Source: Chiloscyllium plagiosum
Lineage: Eukaryota
Direction of reading: 5' to 3'
Assembly: GCF_004010195.1 (NCBI RefSeq)
Contig: NC_057720.1
Span: 9,868,385-9,932,384, forward strand
Length of the DNA: 64,000 nt
In this document: positions 12,971 through 26,706 of the stretch, piece by piece
How positions within the stretch are numbered: the stretch's first letter is position 1
How the letters are laid out: the number at the start of each line of letters is the position of its first letter
The notes under the pieces: generated by a model
The model's input: only the letters and a program-made list of their open reading frames with translations
Told to the model about the DNA's origin: nothing
Databases searched by the model: none
Position numbers and translations under genes: made by a program

Positions 12971-13804
12971 TCTAAGTCTTCAGTTTTGTTATAGGCCTCC
13001 TTGATGCCATATTTGGTCAAATGTTGCTTCCATGTAAGGGGCAGTCATGCTCACCTCTCCTCTTGACTACAACCCAATAAACTCAGAAACTATGAGATTC
13101 TTGTGACATCAGTGAGCAGGATTTATTGCTTTCCAAGTGTCACTTGGTAGCATGGTCAATGACACTCTCCATCACTAACCTGAGGATTGAGACTGTCCTG
13201 GTGGGCCAGGTTGGATTATCCTGCTTTTAGTGGGACATTTTCTGCATTGTCAGCCAGATGCCAGTGTTGGAGCTATACTGGAACAGCTTGACTCAACATG
13301 CAGCAAGGTAGACATCATGATTTTAGAATTTTATCAGGAAATCTCCAAGCCCTATTGCCTGCGCAGTACCCAGAGCGTATAATTAAAGAACCAGTCGATG
13401 GTAAAAAGGGGAAGACGGGAGATGATTTATTGCAATGCTACATGTTGTTATGAAATTAATGTCATTATCATCTTATCGGACCATTGAGCTGCCATGCCAT
13501 TAGGGGTAATGGTTTAACCTGAAGGTCGCCCCACCTCAGGTGTGGAGAGAGGTTGAGATGGACAGTCCTTCATGGTAACCTCAGCCTGTACAGGAATTCG
13601 ACCCACACTGTTGGTCTCGCTCTGCATCACAAATCAGGGTCCTGCCCAAAACGCCGACTCTGCTGCTTCTCAGATGCTGCCTGATCTGCTGGGCTTTTTC
13701 CAGCACCCCACTCTATCTACTCCTTCACAAAGCAAACATCTAAGCTAAACTAACACTCCCTGTTACAATCTACTTTCTGAAACAATAGTGGTACTTGAGC
13801 AGAT

Positions 13805-14106
13805 ATGGTGGTTCAGCATTTAGCACAGCTGCCTCACAGCACCAGGGACCCAGGTTCAATTCCAGCCACAGGTGACTGTCTGTGTGGAATCTACACATTC
13901 TCCCTGCGTCTGCATGGGTTTCCTCCCACAGTCCAAAGATGTACAGGTTAAATGGATTGGCCATGCTAAATTGCCCTGTAGTGTCTAGTGATGTGCAGGC
14001 AAGGTGCATTAGCCGTGGGCAATATAGTGATGAGGGTGGATTTGGGTGGGATTCTTTTCAGAGGTATGGGCTAAATGGCCTGCTTCCACACGTTAGGGGT
14101 TCTATG
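13805..14106 (+). mobile_element. HE1-like SINE
   Basis: tRNA-like head and V-domain core. Confidence 0.8.
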
Positions 14107-14249
14107 AAAAGGCAAACCATTGCAGGCTTGCATTTGTGCAGCACCTTTCATGATCTCTACACCTCCTAATGCATTTTCTAGCTGATGAAGTCACTGCTGT
14201 AGGAAACATGGCATTGGGCATTTCTTTCAAGGAGACAACATGGACATAA

Positions 14250-14467
14250 CAGGTCGAAAAGTGTGGCGCTGGAAAAGCACAGCAGGTCAGGCAGCATCCG
14301 AGGAGCAAGATAGTTGACATTTCAAGCCTAAGCCCTTCATCGGGAATGATGGTTTATACCCTGAGCGTCGATTCTCCTGCTCCTCGGATGCTGCCTGACC
14401 TGCTGTGATTTCCCAGCGCCACACTCTCGACTCTGAATCTCCAGCATCTGCGGTCCTCACTTTCTCC
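14250..14467. mobile_element. PLE terminal-repeat hairpin insertion
   Basis: Inverted arms; TSD acatggacataa at 14238-14249 and 14468-14479. Confidence 0.9.
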
Positions 14468-14545
14468 ACATGGACATAATGGGCCAATTGTGTCAGATCC
14501 TGTGATTCTATTTGTGTCTTGAAAGCGCAAATTTAAAAAAAATGA

Positions 14546-14644
<99 letters not shown>

Positions 14645-17600
14645 GGTGCTTTGAGAATGAAAGGCGAAGATGAAATGGCAGAAGACAAAGAGAAGAAAGG
14701 ATGCATTTCTGAAGAGACACAAGCAGCGTTGATTTGTTAAAAGATTATAATTTATTTGAAGCTTTAAATTGGATGTTGGATGGGATGGAGGGGGCACTGT
14801 GTGCAGTATTCCTTAGAATCTTTACAACTCAACATGTCTTCACATGTACCTGTTTCATCCTGTAGCTTTGAAGTCTGTTTACGTAGCTTAGATTGTTGGT
14901 GGTAACAGCAAAGGAAAGCTGAGAGGCTTCCTGTGATGTTCCTGACTTACTGGAGATCTTTAAACAATTATACTGTCAGAACAGCCAGTCAGCAATGTAG
15001 AGGAATGTCATCTTAAATGCGCAAAGATATCACCCACCAGGACGGAGAGTTGTGACCTTCAAGTTTACGTTTTAATACTTGCAGTAGCACAATTCCTCTT
15101 GTAATAAAAAAGCAGACAATTGCCTGTTGTTCACAGTAGTCATTTGGGAAGGGGAATCTCTGGTGTTCAGTTTTTCAGAATGTGACTTGATAATTATGGA
15201 ATAAAATCAGACCTTCTCCCAGTTTTCATTAAACAAGGAATTTTTCCCCTTCTCTCCCCAATCTAGCCTGGTTCTTTATTTAAAAAAAGGAGAGGAACCA
15301 AATCAGTTCTCATTCAATAATAAAAGGAAAGGGTGAACACAGAGAAGGAGACATAGGAACTGGTTTCGTCATTGGACAGAAGAAAGCCACTCAGCCTATC
15401 ATAAGATGTGTGGTCCCTTTCTCATCGGACTGTCAGGTATAGGCCAACACATTCTTCATTGCATCAAGTAATTTGGTATCCTAAAACAGCCTGCACTTAA
15501 TCCATGACTAGTATTTCCTGCAGGGCACTAAATAGCCAGATTAGTCTCACACTGCTTCACAAGAATATTGCAGCAATTCAAAAAGGTAGCTTATCCCCAA
15601 CTCCAATACCCTGAATTTATTATTGAGTTCAGCACCTTCAGATTGTGAACACATTCCCATTCCTTCCCTTTCTTATAGCTTTAATTGTTATATTCTCTCC
15701 CACGATACATGTCCTCTCTCCCCTTCCCCCACCCCAGTGGGACTGCCTGTCCTTTCCAGTCTGGTGTTTCAACACACCATGTTCTTTCATTCTCACATTC
15801 CGATCACTTAATCTGAACTATCAACATCCTTGCTCCCCCAGCACTCCATCCTCCTCCATTATTTCATAAATGTTGCCCCCCCCCCCCGCCCACATTTCAC
15901 GTCAGCTCTGGTGAAGAGTCATCTAGACTCGAAATGTTCATTTGGCTCTCTCTCTCTATGGATGCTGCCTGACCCACTGTGATCTCCAGCACTTTTTTGT
16001 TTTCAGGACAGTAATTGGTGATCTTACTGGCAATGTCCATATCCCACAATCCACCAATATCATTTTGCCTGCTATACTATCAGCTTTTCTCACTTCTTAA
16101 AAATTTTTCAATGGAATGCGGGCATCATTGCTGCCCAATCCTAATGGACCTGAAGTGATCGAGTTAAGACTCAATGACATTTCTGTGGATCTAGAAGGGT
16201 AGACTAGGTGAGGATGGCAGATTCCAGTAATTAAATAACTCACAGTGGTTTGATGTTATCTATTATTCAATTATTCATTTAATTTAAATTCCATCAGCTG
16301 CCCTAGTGGGATTCGAACACTTGTACTCAGAGTATTAGCCTGACCCTCTCAGTTATTAAACATGTGAAATTACTACTTCATCACCATCTTCCCATCTGTT
16401 ATGAACCACAGCTAACAGTGATGGAGCAGTGCGTCATGACCCTTCATGCCTTCCTCCCCAAGTTAGTGAACTCTATAGAAATCTTGTGGAGCACTGAGAC
16501 AGCTGTTAAGAAAAAAAAACAAAAAATATTTCAGATTTACTAAGAATTCTGATCTATTGTGAGTAAAAGGGATAATCAATGGCTAATGTATGAGACAGGT
16601 ATTAAACAAGGTGTTGGATCATGATAAATTTTGAAATTTCATGACAATCATTCCTCTGGCAAAAAGGTGAAGTTCATTCAATACCAGTAACTTCCATCTA
16701 TGAGAGAGGAATCTGTCTAAGGGACGACCCTTTAAAGGTGAGGTACCTGTTGAATCTGTGGAACTCACTGCTGCAGAAAGCTGTGGCAGCCAAGTCATTG
16801 AGTGTCTTTAAGACAGAGATGGATAGCTTCTTGATGAGTAAGGCGATCAAGGGTTATGGGGAGAAGGCAGGAGAATGGACATGAGAAAAATGCCAACTAT
16901 GATCAAATGACAGAGCAGACTCACTGGGCTGAATGACCTAATTCTGCTCCTATATCGTATCATCTTATTCTTTGAACAACACTGTTTGAGGGATAAGGTC
17001 TCGAGTGCAACTCTAAGGTGTCCTAAAGCAAATTAATTTCTGCCTACAAAGGCAAATGAAGCCTCAGTCTCTACCAAAGGATATTAGGAAAATCTTTTCT
17101 GCTGTCTGGTGTAGGACAGACCACAGCATTAACTTTTCAGCCTCCACCCAGTAATTCAAAAGCCAGTTGTGTTTCTAACTGAGCCAAGGTGGAATACAGC
17201 AATAAGTCAATGATGTTGCAATATGGATCAATTTGTGTTACCCATTGTGGAGACAATTAGTCCAATGAGTGTAACAATCAGAATACTGTAGCTGGATGCT
17301 TCAATCTGTTACCTTAATGTAATTCGAAGTGAATTTTAATTAAAAATGTAATCCACTTCACAACATGTCTTGATATTCATAATCAAATAAAAAATTCATA
17401 ACTTTAACTTGCAAACTTTCTTTGGTGAATATAATGCCAGCCTACACCAGTTAAATGTCAAAATCATTTGTTCTTTCAACTTATGGCTTAGCAACATTTG
17501 TACCTTGCGATTAATCAGCAATGATCTTCTTGCCAAGAACTTAACTCCATGCTCATGATCTTAAGTTTCAGATCAGGTGAGGAATAAAGTCATAGCTTAA

Positions 17601-17730
17601 TGAGAGGTTTGAAGGTTAGATTTTGTTATGAAGAGGATCAACACATTGGCATTTTGTTGAAGAGTTTTATAATGTAAATATATATTTATTGTCGGCAAAA
17701 AATAAATTCAGGTTCATTTTCATTTATGCG
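14645..17730 (+). other. ADGRL4: Probable ADGRL4 3' UTR (extent uncertain)
   Basis: Follows the stop codon; AT-rich; candidate AATAAA signals near 15103, 15200, 15319, 17386, 17583 and 17701; the last is followed by T-rich sequence. Confidence 0.5.
15590..16005 (+). mobile_element. Old Penelope-like 3' fragment with degenerate HHR, inside the probable 3' UTR
   Basis: agct-CTGGTGA-A-GAGTC(ATCTA)GACTC-GAAAT-GTT at about 15904-15938, followed by the gatgctgcctgacc terminal-repeat motif. Confidence 0.6.
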
Positions 17731-17777
17731 TTCTAATTAAGGATATTAAATTGGTTTCTTGGGTGATCCTGTAAATA

Positions 17778-18311
17778 CTTGCGGAACGTTTCGGAGAACA
17801 CCTCTGGGACACCCGGACCAACCAACCCAACCACCCAGTGGCTCAACACTTCAACTCCCCCTCCCACTCCACCAAGGACATGCAGGTCCTTGAACTCCTC
17901 CATCACCAAACCATAGCAACACGACGGTTGGAGGAAGAGCGCCTCATCTTCCGCCTAGGAACCCTCCAACCACAAGGGATGAACTCAGATTTCTCCAGTT
18001 TCCTCATTTCCCCTCCCTCCACCTTGTCTCAGTCAAATCCCTCGAACTCAGCACCACCTTCCTAACCTGCAATCTTCTTTCTGACCTCTCCGCCCCCACC
18101 CCCACTCCGGCCTATCACCCTCACCTTGACCTCCTTCCACCTATCGCATTCCCAATGCCCTCCCCCAAGTCCCTCTTCTCTACCTTTTATCTTAGCCTGC
18201 TGGACACACTTTCCTCATTCCTGAAGAAGGGCTCATGCCCAAAATGTCGATTCTCCTGCTCCTTGGATGCTACTGACCTGCTGCGCTTTTCCAGCAACAC
18301 ATTTTCAGCTC
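17778..18311 (+). mobile_element. Penelope-like element 3' fragment (GIY-YIG C-terminus plus terminal repeat)
   Basis: VAQHFNSPSH...RRLEEERLIFRLGTLQPQGMN; TSD tgatcctgtaaata at 17764-17777 and 18312-18325. Confidence 0.9.
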
Positions 18312-19071
18312 TGATCCTGTAAATATACAACTGTTTTGCATAATTTGTCCTTCTCACTGAGGTTGCTGAATTGCAGAGTTGATGGGAAATCCAAATTGTC
18401 CATTGATGTCAGTCCTGGTTTGGTGAGTTCAGAGACATTATCACTTCAAAATTGCAACGCAGCTTGCTTGTTTTTCCATTCTTCATTGTTGGCAGGTCAG
18501 ACCCTGGAATGTCCCACTTGACAGTGTTGTGGGTGGGTTTTCATCAATAGGACAAGCAGTTCAAGATGGCAGCTCACCCGCCGCTTTCTCAGAGACAAAA
18601 GACACCAAAACATTTGAAATAAACAGCAAGGTAAAGAACTTCCAGTTGAGGTAACCATGGGCCAACAAAATTCACTCGATTTGATTTTGCTGAGGACATG
18701 TCTCTCTATGACTCCATGGTTTTATTTGATTTGATTTATTTATTGTCTCATGTGCCAAGGTACAGTGAAAAGCCTTGTTTAGGAACAGTTCAGGCAGATC
18801 ATAGTAAGCAAGGACGTATAGATTACAGGGTGAAAAAAAGCATATGGGTCACGTCTCACACAGGATGTGCGCTCGGCAAGATCAACATTAGAAAGTTGAA
18901 GTTAGAGAGTCCATACTCCTACTTTCTCAAAACGTAAACTACATGAACATGAAAGGTTTAGAGGGATACGGGCCAAATGCTGGCAAATGGGTCTGCATAG
19001 AGCTTAGGATATCCATTCAGAATGGACGAGTTAGACCAAAGGGTTTCTTTCCATGCTCTATGACTCTATGA

Positions 19072-19275
19072 GGAGGATGTGAGGACTGCAGATCCTGGAG
19101 GTCAGAGTTGAGATTGTGGATCTGGGAAAGCACAGCAGGTCAGGCAGCATCCAAGGAGCAGGAGAATCAACGTTTCGGGCATTAACCCTCCTGATGAAGA
19201 GGGCTGAAACATTTACTCTCCTGCTCCTTGGATGCTGCCTGACCTGCTGTGCTTTCCCAGCAACACACTCTCGAG
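19072..19275. mobile_element. PLE terminal-repeat hairpin in a CR1 tail
   Basis: Inverted arms with central cctgatgaag. Confidence 0.8.
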
Positions 19276-19509
19276 CTCTATGAATCTATATCTCAATGAC
19301 AAGTATTGCCAGTTCAGGAAACCCCGAATGTGTCAACTGAAGGCTCCTTGTAGAATCAAATACATTTACAACAGAAATCACTGGCATCCACAGTCAAGAG
19401 GGCGGCGCAGTGGAAGTTACCAAATCCTAGGCCAGGAGGCCCGAGTTCAAGTCCTGTCTGCATAAGAGATGCATCATAAGTTGTCCAAACAGGTTGACTA
19501 AAACACATC

Positions 19510-19980
19510 TAAGTTCAGCAGGTAATAAGGAGGGCAAATGGAATGTTGGCCTTTATTTCAAACATGGCTGAAAAATGTGTTGCTGGAAAAGTGCAGCAGG
19601 TCAGGCAGCATCCAAGGAACAGGAGAATTGACGTTTCGGGCATAAGCCCTTCTTCAGGAAATAGAATGGAGTATAAAAATAAGAAGGTTTTGTTAAAACT
19701 ACACAGGGCACGAGTCAGACCACAGGTGGAATATTGTGAACAGTTTTGTGCCTTTTATCTAAAGAAAGTTAGGCTGGCATTACAGGCAGACCAGAGAAGG
19801 ATTAATCTGCTGGTCTGCATTTGAACAGCTTGGCTAATGAAAAAGGATTGAGTAGGTTGGGCCTGTACTCTTTAGAATATTGAAGAATGAGAGGTGGCCT
19901 TATTAAAGCGTGCAGGATTTGTAGGGAACTCAGTGGGTTTTTGCAGAAAGGTTGTTTCCCCTTGAGCGACTGTCTAGGAC
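19510..19980 (+). mobile_element. Degenerate CR1 fragment interrupted by a minus-strand PLE repeat (19567-19660; HHR core 19630-19657)
   Basis: MLAFIS...VRPQVEYCEQF; the insert reads CTGAAGAAGGGCTTATGCCCGAAACGTC on the minus strand. Confidence 0.75.
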
Positions 19981-19984
19981 TATT

Positions 19985-21305
19985 GAATTGAATTTATTGT
20001 CACATGTGCTAAGGCACAGTGAAAAGCTTTGTCTTGTGAGCAATACAGGCAGGACACAGAGTTAACTAGGTACAGGCGAATGTTAAGAGTTTGTGAGTAC
20101 ATTCAGTATTCTAACAACAATAGGGTACAAACTATTGCGAAACCGGCTGGCGTGTGTGTCCAGGCTTCTGTACCTTCTCCCCGATGTTAGAAGTTGTAGA
20201 AAAACATTGCCAGGGCAGGATGGATCTTTGAGAATGCTGGCGGCCTTTCCTTGACAGTGGGTCTGGTAGATGGATTCCACACATGGGAGGTTGGCCTTTG
20301 TGATTGTCCGGGCCGAGTTCACCTCTCTCTGTAACTGTCTCCGATCTTGAATGGTACAGTTGCCATACCAGGTAGTGATACATCCAGACAGAATGCTCTC
20401 GATGGCCCATCTATAAAGGTTGGCAAGGGTATTCACCATCATGCCAAATTTCCTCAGCTGCCTGAGGAAGAAGAGACGTTGTTGGGCCTTTGTAACCAGT
20501 GCGTCCACATGAAGAGTCCAAGAAAGCTTGTTGTAGATGACCGCTCCCAGGAGTTTGACACTCTCCACTCGTTCCACCTCTGTGCTGTTAATGTGTAGGG
20601 GAGCATGAGTAACATCCCGCCAAAAGTCAGCAATGAGTTCCTTGGATTTGTCAGCATTGAGAGCTAGGTTGTTCTCAGCGCACCATTTTTCCAGGTCTTC
20701 CACCTCCTATCTATAGTCTCTTTCATCGCCATCTAAGATTTGACTGACTATGGTGGTGTCATCAGCGAACTTGTAAATGGCATTAGTTTAGTGTTTGACG
20801 ATGCAGTCATGTGTATACAATGAGTACAGTAGAGGGCTGAGTACGCACCCCTGAGGGGTCCAGTGTTGAGTGTTAGTGGCAATGAAATATTGTCCCCAAT
20901 CTTCACTGATTGTGGCCTTTGGGTCAGGAAACTGAGGATCCAGTTTGCAGAGAGTGGGGCTTAGTCCGAGATCATTAAGTTCAGTCATCAGTCTTGAGGG
21001 GATAATAGTGTTGACTGTCGTCAATGAGTAAGATTCTTACGTAGCTGTTCTTGGTGTCAAGATGTTCTAGGGAGGAGTGAAGGGCAAGTGATATGGCATT
21101 TGACGTGGATCTGTTGGTCCGATAGGTAAATTGGAGTGGGTCAAGAGTAGTGGGGAGGCTGGAGTTGATTAATGTCATGACTAGCCTTTCAAAGCACTTC
21201 ATGACCACTGAAGTTAGGGCCACTGGGCGGTAGTCATTGAGATATGCTGCATGAGCCTTCTTAGGCAAAAAGATGATGTTAGCCCTCTTGAAACAGGCAG
21301 GGACA
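19985..21305 (-). mobile_element. Rex1/Babar LINE, 5'-truncated and frameshifted
   Basis: LNDYRPVALTSVVMKCFERLV, LDPLQF.YR.NRST, PQGCVLSPLLYSLYTHDC, KAQQRLFFLRQLRKFG. Confidence 0.9.
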
Positions 21306-23184
21306 TAATCTCAGAATAAAAGGACACATAATTGAGGCAGACATTAAGGCTGAGTCATTAAGGATAATCAAGACAGAGATAGACATTTTTAGTCAGTCAG
21401 GGAATCAACAAGTTTTCGGAAAAAGGCAGGAATGTGGAGTTAAGATTTCCTCGATCAGTCGTGACCTCATTGAACAGCAAAGCAGATTTAATGGGCTGAA
21501 TGTCTTATTTCCACTCCCTTATCTTATGGAAGTCAACGTACGTGAGCCACCTAAGAAGTGGCAACCCCACATTATCTATCTTTCAGAATCTTGGTTCCGC
21601 ACAATTTATTTCAAGTGCATGTGAGGGTTTCTGCTTTACCCATCCTTTCTAGAGTAGTACCAGCCTCAAGATGAAACAATTTCCCCTCAAATTCCCCTTC
21701 AACTGCATGCCTCCTAACCTAAATCTATGCCCCTGTTTATGGACTCCTCAACCTAGTTGTCCACTCGACCTTGACTTTTGATCTCTATCAAGGCTGATGT
21801 AGAGACTGATGTTCATGCAAGAACCAACAACGCAGCACCTTCCATCAAATCTGCACAATGTGGGCCTCCAACACCATCAACACAGCCTTGAAACTGTGTC
21901 GGTGTATGTCCATTGTAGTACCAGCTGAAAACTATGCAATCAGACATGGACAAGAACAACAAAGGTGTTGTGTATATTGACTGTCTTCCACCAGCGTTGC
22001 CGACATTTCTTGGATTGACAACATTGAAGAAGTATTATGCAGGACTGTTTGAAGGCACCATGGCAGTGATGTACAGTACATGCATGACAGTATGGGCACC
22101 ACCAGATGGGAACAGAAGAAGCTGTTATTTAAGGGAGACTTTCCAGTTAAGAAACATCTTCTAGAATGGGAACTATTTCTGCTGGAGCAAAAAAGACTAT
22201 GATTGACTAGGGGATATGAGTGGACACTTGCTGCCTATTGTCCCACACAGGACTGGAAGAATCAAGTCTAAATAAATCAACCTCCTCCATTCTAAAGAAT
22301 CCAATCCTAGTCTATTTAATCTTTACTCTTGACTATGATGTAGTGAAGGACCCAAGACTCCCCACGCATCATGCCAGATCTGAAAATTGATTGGAATGTC
22401 CCCGTGATGGGAGGTGTCCAATATAACAAACCAGTGACCTTTCTAGATTAAATATAAGTTACTCTTACAGCAGCTTCTGCAATTTCCATTCACAATAATT
22501 AACAACCTTTTGTCAACAGCTAGCTTGCTTGTTTCTAAATCAGAAAATAATGGATTTCAAAGACGAGGGAGTTTCAGATTGACATTCTCACTTCCAAACT
22601 GAGGCAGCACTGTCGCAGGCTCTGCTTTTCTCAGTAAAGTTGAACCTAACAAGTCAGTGATGCAGATCACTTAGTACTATTTTAAAGAAGTTTCTCTCCT
22701 CGTCCCCTGATCAATATTTGCGACAAAGCCCATGATTGTGGCATTATTTCAATGATACTTGTGGAAGCTTGTTGAGTGAAAATTGGTTTCTGCTTTTCCA
22801 AAATTACAACAGTGACTTTGCTTCAAAAATACTTCATCGTTTTGAAAACACTGGGGACATCTTCAGCTCGACACAAATGCTTATTCTCCTTTCTCAGTCG
22901 AGATTTCAGTTAGCAATAATTGAATTAATTACTGCAGCACTGGTTTAGAACACAGTGTTATATTTTATTCAGAACATTGGACATTGGGAGGTGAATATCT
23001 AGTGATGTCTGAATTCACTTTTCAAAATTGAGGTTGTCAGATCAGCAACAAATTCTCCTGAATTTATGTTCATTGAAAGAATTAAATCAAAATAAGGCTG
23101 AAAAACGCTTACTTCTATGCACAAGCCACAACGTATCAGTGTTTAAGGATGGCTTTCATTATACATGTATGTAACATAATCATG

Positions 23185-23925
23185 GAGTCATAGAGTCATA
23201 GAGATGTACAGCATGGAAATAGACCCTTCGGTCCAACCTGTCCATGCCGACCAGATATCCCATCCCAATCTAGTCTCACCTACCAGCATCCGGCCCATAT
23301 CCCTCCAAACCCTTCCTATTCATATACCCATCCAAATGTCTCTTAAATGTTGCAATTGTACAGGCCCTTCAGTTCAACTTATTCATGCTGACCAAATATC
23401 CTAATCTAATCTAGTCTCATTTACCAACACTTGGCCCATATCCCTCTAAACCCTTCCTATTCAAACACTGATCCAGATGCCTTTCAAATGTTGTAATTGT
23501 TCCAGCTTCCACCACTTCCTCTGGCAGCTCATTCCATACACACACCACTCTCTTTGTGAAAAGGTTGCCCCTGAGGCCCCTTTTATATCTCTCCCCTCTC
23601 ACCTTAAACCTTTGCCCTCTAGTTTGGACTCCCCCACCCCAGGGAAAAAGACCTTGTCTACTTATCCTACTCATACCCCTCATGACTGTATAAACCTCTG
23701 TGAGGTCACCCCTCAGACTCCAATGCTCAAACCCTCCAATCCTGGCAACTTCCTTGTAAAATCTTTTATGAACCCTTTCAAATTACTCAACATCCCTCCC
23801 ACAGCATGGAGACCACAATCGCACACAGTATTCCAAAAATGGCCGATCCAGTGGTCTGTATAGCCGCAACATGACCTCCCAACTCCTGCATTCAATGCCC
23901 TGAATAATAAAGGCAAGCATACCAA
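23185..23925 (-). mobile_element. CR1 3' fragments (duplicated 3' UTR)
   Basis: RVVCVWNELPEEVVEAG; LEYCVRLWSP; tail repeats. Confidence 0.9.
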
Positions 23926-24299
23926 AGATAGATATACATTTTGTGAACGAAACGTTCTCTATACAATCTTTACAAAACCCTACATTGTTACAAATATAAA
24001 TAACTGCAATCCCATACATTTGTATACATGCAGAATCAATGAAAATGACTGTAAAAAATAAATGTCAGCCTTTGTCAAAATACTACAAAGCATCTCAGAC
24101 AGAATTCGGTTTGGTGTAACATTTGAAGGTAACTGAGTTGGCCATTTTGTACATAGGAAGATCCTGGAAGCAGACAACAGCCAGTTCTTCGGCATTGGTT
24201 GGTGTTGGATGAGGGAGGACGATTGAGCCAGGATAGCAAGTGAGCTCTCTGCTCATCCTTCAATTGTACCATTGGACTGTCAATAAAGTTTAATGTCCA

Positions 24300-25670
24300 C
24301 ATTAAGGACAAAAGTTTAACTCAGGAGCAAATAGGGCCCCTCAAAGATCAGCAAGGCAGCTTTTGTGTGGAGCTGCAGATCAGGGAGATACTAACCGAGT
24401 ACTTTGCATCAGTGTTTGTTGTGGAGAAGGACATGGAAGGTATAGAATGTAGAGAAAATAGATGGTGATATCTTGAAAAATGTCGATATTACAGAGGAGG
24501 AAGTGCTAGATGTCTTGAAACACATAAAGGTGGATAAATCACCAGGATCAGGTGTGCCCTAGAACACTGTGGGAGGCTATGGAAGTGATTGCTGGGCACC
24601 TTGCTGAGATATTTGTATCATCGATAGTTACAGGTGAGATGTCAGAAGACTGGAGCTTGGCTAAAGTGGTACCATTATTTAATAAAGGTGGTAAGGACAA
24701 GCCAGGGAACTATAGACCAGTGAGCCAGATGTCAGTAGTGGGCAAGTTGTTGGAGGGAATCCTGAGGGACAGGATGTACATATATTTGGAAAGGCAAGGA
24801 TCGATTAGGGATAGTCAACATGGCTTTGTGCGTGGGAAATCATGTCTCACAAACTTGATTGAGTTTTTTGAAGAAGTAACAAAGAGAATTGATGAGAGCA
24901 GAGCAGTGGATGTGATCGAGATGGACTTCAGTAAGGCATTCGACAAGGTTCCCCATGGGAGACTGATTAGCAAGGTTAGATCTCATGGAATACAGGAAGA
25001 ACTAGCCATTTGGATACAGAACTGGCTTGAAGGTAGAAGACAGAGGGTGGTGATGGAGGGTTGTTTTTCAGACTGGAGGCCTATGACCAGTGGAGTGCCA
25101 CAAGGATTGGTGCTGGGTCCAGTAACTTTCATCATTTATATAAATAATATAGATATGAACATAGGAGGTATAGTTAGTAAGTTTGCAGATGACTCTAAAA
25201 TCGGAGGTGTAGTGGACAGCGAAGGAGGTTACCTCAAATTACAACAGGATCTTGATCAGATGGGCCAATGGGCTGAGAAGTGGCAGATGGAGTTTAATTT
25301 AGATAAATGCGAGGTGCTGCATTCTGGGAAAGCAAATCTTAGCAGGACTTATACACTTAATGGTAAGGTCCTAGGGAGTGTTGCTGAACAAAGAGACCTT
25401 GAAGTGCAGGGTCATAGCTCTTTGAAAGTAGAGTCACAGGCAGATAGGATAGTGAAGAAGGCTTTATTGGTCGGAGCATTGAGTATAGGAGTTGGAAGGT
25501 CACATTGCAGCTGTACAAGACATTGGTTAGGCCAGTGGTGGAATATTGCATGCAATTCTGGTCTCCTTCCTATGAGAAGGATGTTGTGAAACTTGAAAGG
25601 GTTCAGAAAAACTTTACAAGGATGTTGCCAGGGTTGGAGGATTTGAGCTATAGGGAGAGGCTAAACAGAG
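24300..25670 (+). mobile_element. CR1 ORF2 reverse transcriptase fragment
   Basis: 345-aa ORF with NYRPVS, DFSKAFD, SGVPQG and FADD motifs. Confidence 0.95.
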
Positions 25671-26292
25671 GAGGGAAAGCTAAGCTCACATTTAGAATCA
25701 GCAAGAGGGTATCATTAATCTTGAATCTATATTCCCGAAGGTACATTTTAAAATGTTGGAAAACCCAATGGCTTATGGAGGGGAGAGATAACCAGATATT
25801 TTTTAAAGATTTAGAAACTGTCTTATCTCTCGAGAGAATAAGGAAGAAATTCACACACAATCTCTCGCTTTCAAAGGGAGCAGAAGGACCAGCTCTCTCA
25901 GGTCCTAGCAATTCTGGCTGATCAACTATAGTTGTGCTTATACTGACAATAAACCTTCATATTATCTAAAAACGGTGCCTCCTCTGTAGATAGTCAACTG
26001 TGGTGAACCCGCAACCACTCATCACTAAGTAGGCCCCGGGCAAAGGAGGATTGGTCACAGCAAACTACCTCAAAGAACTCGTTACTACATACTTTTGGAG
26101 GTGGCAAATGCCAGTGCTCATCTTGGAAAACGGTATGCTCCGTCCTTGTTGTAAACCTGTTTATTGTAATCATCGAATGTTTACAACACAGAAGGAGACC
26201 ATTTCATCTGTTGGATATGCACAGGCAAATAAGCTAGTCTCATGGGGAATCGATGGCCTAATGGTGTTATCACTGGGCTATTAATCCTGGGA

Positions 26293-26435
26293 TGTCTGGA
26301 TCAGTGGTGCTGGAAGAGCACAGCAATTCAGGCAGAATCCGAGGACAGGCAAAATCCTGCTGCCTGAATTGCTGTGCTCTTCCAGCACCACTGATCCAGA
26401 ATCTGGTTTCCAGCATCTGCAGTCATTGTTTTTAC
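26293..26435. mobile_element. PLE terminal-repeat hairpin (HHR part deleted)
   Basis: Inverted arms; 15-bp TSD ctattaatcctggga at 26278-26292 and 26436-26450. Confidence 0.9.
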
Positions 26436-26502
26436 CTATTAATCCTGGGAACCCAGGTTCAAATCCCACCACAGAAGATGGTAGAACTTTAATTTAATAA
26501 AT

Positions 26503-26706
26503 GCAAGGTTTGCAGCTCAGGTTGAGGTTTAGGGTGTAGGTTTCCTCGCTGAGCTGTAGGTTTGATATCCAGACGTTTCATTACCTGGCTAGGTAACATC
26601 ATTAGTGGTGACCTTCACTTGGAGGTCACCACTGATGATGTTACCTAGCCAGGTAATGAAACGGCTGGATATCAAACTACAGCTCAGCGAGCAAACCTGC
26701 ACCCTA
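26503..26706. mobile_element. Hairpin of a second PLE family with an HHR motif on each arm
   Basis: About 88-bp arms; cca-CTGATGA-T-GTTACCT(AGCC)AGGTAAT-GAAAC; TSD aatttaataaat at 26491-26502 and 26707-26718. Confidence 0.85.

Noticed and set aside
24552..25589. Functional reverse transcriptase genes (also 28161-29252, 48276-49346, 20083-20703)
   Set aside because: All are truncated LINE fragments lacking the endonuclease, ORF1 or promoter, or carrying stops and frameshifts
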